A DNA stretch of 64,000 nt, from IMG/VR virus record IMGVR_UViG_2911005044_000001, one strand, 5' to 3'. Shown here piece after piece: positions 58,728 to 64,000 of this stretch; within the stretch, counting starts at the first letter, position 1; every line of letters starts with the position of its first letter. The translations under genes and the position numbers were made by a program. Source of the DNA: an uncultured virus (IMG/VR IMGVR_UViG_2911005044_000001) (lineage: Duplodnaviria; Heunggongvirae; Uroviricota; Caudoviricetes). The notes under the pieces were generated by a model. The model searched no databases. It saw only the letters and a list, made by a program, of their open reading frames with translations, and was not told the DNA's origin.

Positions 58728-61468
58728 TTTGTTCTTGCGGTTTTAAGCTGTTTTATGATGGTATCGATATTTGGTTTGATGTGCGATTTGGTTTGCTTCC
58801 AGAGATCTTCAAACGTCTCTACCATATCTTCTAAATGTGGTTGTTCGCTTTTGTTTGGTGCTACTCCATAAGGTTTTGATTTACGACCACCAATGAGAAT
58901 GAGCATTGTTTTTGTAACCGCTCCTTGTTTATTGTAGAGCTTGTAACTATTCATATTAATCACATCGTCTACTTTGTAATGACGATACAGCCAGTTGAAA
59001 AACGGACGGTATTTTGCAAAAAGTCCGTCGTCTCCAAAATAGACGTGTCCCATTATAATAATTGCTGCCTTGCCATCATCTTTCATCGTGTAAAGCGCCA
59101 ATCCAGCCATCAAGTGTTCTAGGCGAATATGGTTTGCTAATCCGCGATGTTTGTTGAAGTATTTCTGTATAATTCGCTCCTTATCAAACTTAGAATCATC
59201 CCAACTTGCAAATGGCGGATTGGTCACGACCACATCGTGAACTTTGTGCATCATTTCTGGAAATGGTTCTGCTGCGTTATCTGATGTAATACGACCAAAA
59301 CCTTGATGCTCTAAAGATTGTTTTCGGCTTTTATCTATCTCGTTGACGTGAGTGATTCTTGGATTCGCTCCTACGAGTAGCAACCCATTTCCAGCACTTG
59401 GCTCAAAGATGAACTCGGCTTCATCCATTTGGGTGTATTGCGCGATGATGGCTCCAATAGGACAAGGCGTGGAATACTGTTTGTAGAGTTCTTTACTACT
59501 ATCAGAATACGCATAGGTAGGTTGCACTTTATTCCAAAACAACACCATCTTTTTCAGTCGTGCTTCAAATGGGATAGGTTCTCTGTAGAGCATCTTGTAC
59601 CATAACAACCAACTCAATTCTACCGCTTCCCAAAGTGCGCCCATCGTTGGTGCATTGGTTTCTTCTCTAAGCTTTTCTATCTTCTTTTTTGATAGGCGTT
59701 CCGCTTTCGCGAAAGCGGTATGCAGAATAGCTATGACCTTATCTAAATAGTCGTTGGGTTCTTGATGTTTTTCTTTTTTAGGCTTGGGTTCTGGAAGTGA
59801 TTCTTCGACCTCTAAATCCTTGTTCATATAATCCTGAATGACCAGTTTGGATCTTTCCAATCTGCTTATTTCCCATTCAATATCATTGAAAGCTTCTTTG
59901 GACTGCTTATCGGTTCTGGGTTTGTTGGATTTTGGGTTGACTAATTCCAATTTCTTTTCAACCAATTCCATTAATAAGGAATCCATAATCACAATTCCCT
60001 TTGCTAAATCTGCAATAGGTCTGGAATGTTCGACCGCAGACCACCATTGATGCCTGTCATCGTATGCGCCAATTTGAGAAGCTAAAGTTGAGACACTTTT
60101 ATAACCAGTATGAACGTTCACATAAGGATAATCTAAATCTGTAGGATAGCCGATTTCTTCAAACGCTTCCAGACCGCGACTTTCCCACTCACGAAGAACT
60201 GTAGAACGATTTACATTAATTCCATAATCATTAGGATGTGCCATTTGAGACAGACGAAATAAATCTAATCCAGAGGCTTGTTCAATGGTATCATCTGTAA
60301 TGTTGTAGAGTCGCTTGAACTTCATTCTCATAAAGTTGGCATCACTTAAATTGAGTCCACCAGATTGAAAAGGTTCGCCAGCTTTTGTTGGGACTAAAAC
60401 ATTGGGAACAATATGATCGCGATTGAAAATATCTTTTGATACAGATAGCGTTCTAGCGACCTCTTCTTTCAGATGGAAAAGAGGTAAGTCTAGCGATAGG
60501 TTCAAGCGATTGATTTCCATTAACGCCATTGTGCGCGATGAGAAAGTCAAATCCAAAATCCAATCCTTAAAGTTTTGTAGCGCTTTTAAAAGTTCGTTCT
60601 TAAAACGTAGTTCGCTGGATTGTTCCTGCGCATCTTCTAAATCTAAAATGGTGGTGGCTATGATGGTTTCATCTTCACCTTCAAGACTCTCTTCTAAAAT
60701 TACAAGTTTGCTAATCACTTCGCTTAAAATCTCACGAGTAGAAATTTTACGCTCTTTATCGGTCTTGTAACCAGACTCATTTTCTTTAGGCACTTCTTCA
60801 AGGGTCTCTTCGTTTTCAGTTTTACTATCTTCTATAGGAAGTTCGTTTTCTATTTTGATTTGCTTTTCGTTGTTTGTTGTCTCAAGAGTAGGTTTGTCTT
60901 GAGCTTTGCCATCCTCTATAGGAAGGTAGTTTTCTACTTCCTTAGTAGGTTCGTTTTCTATTTCCGTTATCTCATCGACTTTAAAACGATTTATAATTTG
61001 CCCTTTGTCATATATAATGCGAGCTTTCCGTTTATAGTTTCTGGGAGAGACTTCGACGTTTTGCAAATCGTCTCCATATTTGGTAATGGCATATTGAGTT
61101 GCTATTTCTGTAGCGACCTTCTTATAGGGATCGAATAAAACATAGTCCTTCGTTTCTGCCTTTTCTGTACCTCTGTATGAAATAGTAACAAAACTAAATT
61201 TGCTTTTATCAATGTTTTCTAAGGAAGGTTGAAACGATGGATACATCGAAACCGTTTTCCAATCGTCTCCACGAGAAAACGCATCTCTTAAGGAAGTAGC
61301 AAAACTTTTATAGGCTGGATGCGCATCAGAATACCAAGTATTTTTCTTCTTAAAAACCTCGCGAAAGCCTAATTCTAATAGGAAGGTCGAAAACTCTTTG
61401 GGTAGGTTTTCACTGAATAGCAATTCAATTGCGTTTTTCTCTTCGTTCTCTGTAATCGTTACCTGCAT
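58724..61468 (-). CDS. Large polyvalent protein with C-terminal N6-adenine DNA methyltransferase (DarB-like)
   Basis: QYSTPCP, FEPSAGNGLL, HVNEID, VVTNPPF, MKDDGKAAII. Confidence 0.85.
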   Translation of the reverse strand: MQVTITENEEKNAIELLFSENLPKEFSTFLLELGFREVFKKKNTWYSDAHPAYKSFATSLRDAFSRGDDWKTVSMYPSFQPSLENIDKSKFSFVTISYRGTEKAETKDYVLFDPYKKVATEIATQYAITKYGDDLQNVEVSPRNYKRKARIIYDKGQIINRFKVDEITEIENEPTKEVENYLPIEDGKAQDKPTLETTNNEKQIKIENELPIEDSKTENEETLEEVPKENESGYKTDKERKISTREILSEVISKLVILEESLEGEDETIIATTILDLEDAQEQSSELRFKNELLKALQNFKDWILDLTFSSRTMALMEINRLNLSLDLPLFHLKEEVARTLSVSKDIFNRDHIVPNVLVPTKAGEPFQSGGLNLSDANFMRMKFKRLYNITDDTIEQASGLDLFRLSQMAHPNDYGINVNRSTVLREWESRGLEAFEEIGYPTDLDYPYVNVHTGYKSVSTLASQIGAYDDRHQWWSAVEHSRPIADLAKGIVIMDSLLMELVEKKLELVNPKSNKPRTDKQSKEAFNDIEWEISRLERSKLVIQDYMNKDLEVEESLPEPKPKKEKHQEPNDYLDKVIAILHTAFAKAERLSKKKIEKLREETNAPTMGALWEAVELSWLLWYKMLYREPIPFEARLKKMVLFWNKVQPTYAYSDSSKELYKQYSTPCPIGAIIAQYTQMDEAEFIFEPSAGNGLLLVGANPRITHVNEIDKSRKQSLEHQGFGRITSDNAAEPFPEMMHKVHDVVVTNPPFASWDDSKFDKERIIQKYFNKHRGLANHIRLEHLMAGLALYTMKDDGKAAIIIMGHVYFGDDGLFAKYRPFFNWLYRHYKVDDVINMNSYKLYNKQGAVTKTMLILIGGRKSKPYGVAPNKSEQPHLEDMVETFEDLWKQTKSHIKPNIDTIIKQLKTARTK

Positions 61469-61689
61469 CTGTATCGGGAATAGGAAAACTCATCGCTATA
61501 GGAAGCTCGTTTTCTCTTTGATTTAGGATAAATATAGATTTGAGAGTCGGTCGATTGACCTTACGGAAATGTACTTCGGTACATTGGGATTATTTTGAAA
61601 TTAGGTTGAAATGGGTAATCGTAGTAACGGTAAGGGTTTTGAATTTATGGGTGGGATAAATTCAATAATTTTAGAAGGTACTCTAAAGT

Positions 61690-61726
61690 AATATCCCTGA
61701 ACTTTCATTTTAAGTTCAGGGATATT
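61690..61726. terminator. Intrinsic terminator after the glycosyltransferase gene
   Basis: AATATCCCTGAACTT-tcatttt-AAGTTCAGGGATATT, 15-bp stem. Confidence 0.7.
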
Positions 61727-61732
61727 GATTGA

Positions 61733-62884
61733 TTAAATATATAAGGAAGTTATTTTATCAATAGATGTCTTTGCAAAGCTGTTATTATTCCAGATATTCT
61801 TTATGAGACTAGAAGAAAAATTTTTCTCTTTATCATATTTTACAAGTGTTTCAAGAGCTTCTAACCACTCAGGAGCTTCACTCGCTAAAAATCCATTTTC
61901 TGCATTGTGAATCCATTTTTTGACTGGATGGTGAGATGATGCAACTACAGGAATCCCAAACGTTGAAAGCTCCATAAAAAGCTGATAGTTTTGATGCCTA
62001 TTAAAAAGACATTCTAAAGCAGGTAGTAAAACTACATCGAGTTGTAAGCTGTTCAACTTTTCAAAATAATCTAAGAATGAAACGGTAGGATGTATTTCTA
62101 CTTTATATTCTTTAAAAAGTTTTTCTACTTCCCATACAGAATAGGGCTTCCCGAAGTAAATAAACTCAATTTGATCTCCAAAATTTTTTCTCATTTTAAA
62201 AAGTACTTCCTTAAGAGATAGCAAATCTTCTTCGGTTGATTTTATTAAGCCTACTCGTAATTTCTCTGAAGTGTTTCTTGTAAGTGGTGGCATTTCTTCA
62301 TAGCCATATCTCGAGACTAAACTGGGAAGGTATTGCACAAATGTATGTGCGTTTTCTAAGCGGTCGTCAATGAATCGCTGCAAGAACTTTTGAAAAGCTT
62401 CATTTGCAACAGTCACGATATCCATTAGACCCAAATTATTTTCTATGCACTTTAGTTTGTCATTAGTTAGCTTTCGCGAAAGCGGAATAGAAACAGGTAT
62501 CGCAAAATAATTTCTATCTAAGTCCATCACTAATTGAACCGAAGGATTAAGCGTTTTGATAGCCTGCATCAAATAGCTAACATCACTAAACAGGGCAGGG
62601 AAAATGATGTAATCTGCCCAGGTAATTAAGCGCTCATCCAGCTGATTTACAAAATCAGAAAGTTTCATCGAGAAGTCATTGGTCTCGATACTGGTAATAA
62701 TCGCCTTATGCGTATCTGTTTTATTGATTTCTAATGCAGGTGTTATCATCCTGTAATAACCTGTCGCATTGAGTTTGGGACTCACATAAAGCAGATGAAT
62801 TTTATCATCTGCCTCTATGTTATATCGCTGGTCAAAATTGTTTTTAGGATTGAGCTTCGCTTGTAATTCTTTAATTGTTCTCAT
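61733..62884 (-). CDS. GT-B (GT4-like) glycosyltransferase
   Basis: TGYYRMITP, VMDLD, DVVLLP, ELSTFGIPVVAS, NGFL. Confidence 0.7.
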   Translation of the reverse strand: MRTIKELQAKLNPKNNFDQRYNIEADDKIHLLYVSPKLNATGYYRMITPALEINKTDTHKAIITSIETNDFSMKLSDFVNQLDERLITWADYIIFPALFSDVSYLMQAIKTLNPSVQLVMDLDRNYFAIPVSIPLSRKLTNDKLKCIENNLGLMDIVTVANEAFQKFLQRFIDDRLENAHTFVQYLPSLVSRYGYEEMPPLTRNTSEKLRVGLIKSTEEDLLSLKEVLFKMRKNFGDQIEFIYFGKPYSVWEVEKLFKEYKVEIHPTVSFLDYFEKLNSLQLDVVLLPALECLFNRHQNYQLFMELSTFGIPVVASSHHPVKKWIHNAENGFLASEAPEWLEALETLVKYDKEKNFSSSLIKNIWNNNSFAKTSIDKITSLYI

Positions 62885-63156
62885 TATATAGTTTCAACTG
62901 ATTTCTCAATCCCTTCGTAAAATTTTGCAATGCGTTGTCCGGTTGCTTTGTCATAAATCTCAATGGTACCAGCTAATGGACCATATTGTTTTATCTTTTT
63001 TCTGAAACGTTCCATACCAGTTTCTTTGCTGCGTGTTCTTGATAATTTGTGCTTCCAATCTATTGAATACATTGTTCTTACGTTACCGTCTTTAAACCAG
63101 ACAATCATTTTTGAAAATGAATCTTGTCCTAGTTTCCATCCTTTGCTTTGTGCCAT
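62884..63156 (-). CDS. Hypothetical protein
   Basis: 90-aa ORF, coupled to neighbours. Confidence 0.6.
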   Translation of the reverse strand: MAQSKGWKLGQDSFSKMIVWFKDGNVRTMYSIDWKHKLSRTRSKETGMERFRKKIKQYGPLAGTIEIYDKATGQRIAKFYEGIEKSVETI

Positions 63157-63641
63157 TATTTGAAATATTTAATTAGTGAATTAAGTGGGATTTGTTTTAT
63201 AAACTCTTCATTTTGAAAAGCTCTAACCTGGACTTTATCGTCCTTGAGGTGAATCCAAATACGGACGCTTTCTTCATCAATACGATTGGCTTCTGCAAAC
63301 TCTTTGAGGTATTGTTTGATGCTGAAGGCAACTTTATTCTGTACGTTATCCAATTGTGCTAATTGCTCTTCCATAAAGAAATACGTGAGCTCTTGAGTAG
63401 GTATAGCGCTCACAGGTTTACTCTGATTGTATAAAAATGAACGTATGATGTGATCTTTTTGAAAAATCCTGATGTAGAGACGATCCTTTGGGATTTGAAG
63501 TCTGTTGGAAATGTAGTTGGTGCGGTTAGTGATAGTTTTAGTTACCATCTTTTCGTAACCAAAAATATCAACCGTCAAATCGGTTAATGCACCTTTGAGT
63601 TTTTTGCTCAAAGACGCATCATTTTTTTTAAATGGATTCAT
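63156..63641 (-). CDS. Hypothetical protein with internal duplication
   Basis: Halves similar: RLYIRI..IRSFLYNQSKPVSAIP and SVRIWI..VRAFQNEEFIKQIP. Confidence 0.6.
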   Translation of the reverse strand: MNPFKKNDASLSKKLKGALTDLTVDIFGYEKMVTKTITNRTNYISNRLQIPKDRLYIRIFQKDHIIRSFLYNQSKPVSAIPTQELTYFFMEEQLAQLDNVQNKVAFSIKQYLKEFAEANRIDEESVRIWIHLKDDKVQVRAFQNEEFIKQIPLNSLIKYFK

Positions 63642-63644
63642 TTT

Positions 63645-64000
63645 TTAAGTATTAAGTTGTAAATATTTGTGTGTAGAGTGATTCAAAACAGAAGCGTGAA
63701 AAGTGTTCAACAATTCTGGTTGACCTAATTTGCTGATTCTGGTTTCGCAAGACCTAAATAGCTCAAGGCGAGGTTTTTGCTTTGCAGTTTCTTTTTTCTC
63801 ATTGTTGAGAAAACGACGAATTTGAGCTTGTAAAATCAGTTTTAACCGCACCTCGTATTCTCTTTTCTTCTGCTTTTGGTACCAGATTCTCGTTCCCGTA
63901 AAACCTGATGGATTTTTTGGGTCAAAGTATTTATCTGGAAGCTGGACGTATCGTTTTGTTGGGTCTTTTGCAATATATTTTTGTACAATTCCTAATCGGC
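63645..64000 (-). CDS. 3' end of a longer protein truncated by the window edge
   Basis: Frame stays open upstream of the listed start: RLGIVQKYIAKDPTKRYVQLPDKYFDPKNPSGFTGTRIWY.. Confidence 0.6.
   Translation of the reverse strand, partial: RLGIVQKYIAKDPTKRYVQLPDKYFDPKNPSGFTGTRIWYQKQKKREYEVRLKLILQAQIRRFLNNEKKETAKQKPRLELFRSCETRISKLGQPELLNTFHASVLNHSTHKYLQLNT

Larger units (their letters stand above)
4102..62483. repeat. Dispersed 14-bp palindrome GCTTTCGCGAAAGC
   Basis: Perfect at 4102, 7330, 11660, 13500, 21529, 33119, 37163, 47806, 48028, 59703, 62470; degenerate at 15674, 17806, 23138, 36907, 57018, 58576. Confidence 0.95.
3104..64000 (-). mobile_element. Integrated tail-less (probably membrane-containing) provirus-like element carrying defence cargo; ends not defined in this window
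   Basis: Co-oriented, tightly packed minus-strand genes: packaging ATPase, capsid-like beta protein, many small TM proteins, lysis enzymes, DarB-like MTase/helicase; no integrase or att seen. Confidence 0.65.

Noticed and set aside
4102..62483. Palindrome copies as CRISPR repeats, attC sites or terminators
   Set aside because: Irregular kb-scale spacing, mostly intragenic, no spacers, no loop or U-tract, no cas or integron integrase
904..63163. Numerous 60-150 aa ORFs antisense to or nested in long genes
   Set aside because: Shadow ORFs with no motifs, fully overlapping better-supported CDSs
1..64000. tRNA, rRNA, integrase or transposase genes
   Set aside because: None recognisable by eye; intergenic gaps are short and AT-rich

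Overview
AT-rich DNA whose gene content points to a Flavobacteriaceae/Bacteroidota host (inference). Most of the window looks like one large integrated, tail-less virus-like element on the minus strand; no integrase or att site is visible. (i) The morphogenesis/lysis block (3.1-19.1 kb) has an A32/P9-type FtsK-HerA packaging ATPase, a candidate single-jelly-roll capsid protein, a paralog of it carrying an inserted beta-propeller, about 15 small membrane proteins, cell-wall hydrolases and holin/spanin-like genes, with no terminase, portal or tail genes. (ii) The early/DNA-handling block (45.9-64 kb) has a DarB-like adenine MTase, a strawberry-notch helicase, a MoxR AAA/vWA-like pair and a glycosyltransferase. 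Between them lies a ~27 kb defence island: an unusual AlkB / MTase-Hsp70 fusion / SF1 helicase operon, a PLD pair, a Type III R-M system, an RloC-like ABC-HEPN protein, an SNF2 helicase with DUF4391, and GIY-YIG nucleases. Further cargo sits at 1-3.1 kb, 15.7-16.7 kb and 49-52.7 kb. The 14-bp palindrome GCTTTCGCGAAAGC recurs 11 times perfectly (6 more degenerate), mostly inside genes and in all three reading registers; one copy is split by an in-frame 45-bp GC-rich insertion. All family calls come from motif reading, not from database searches.
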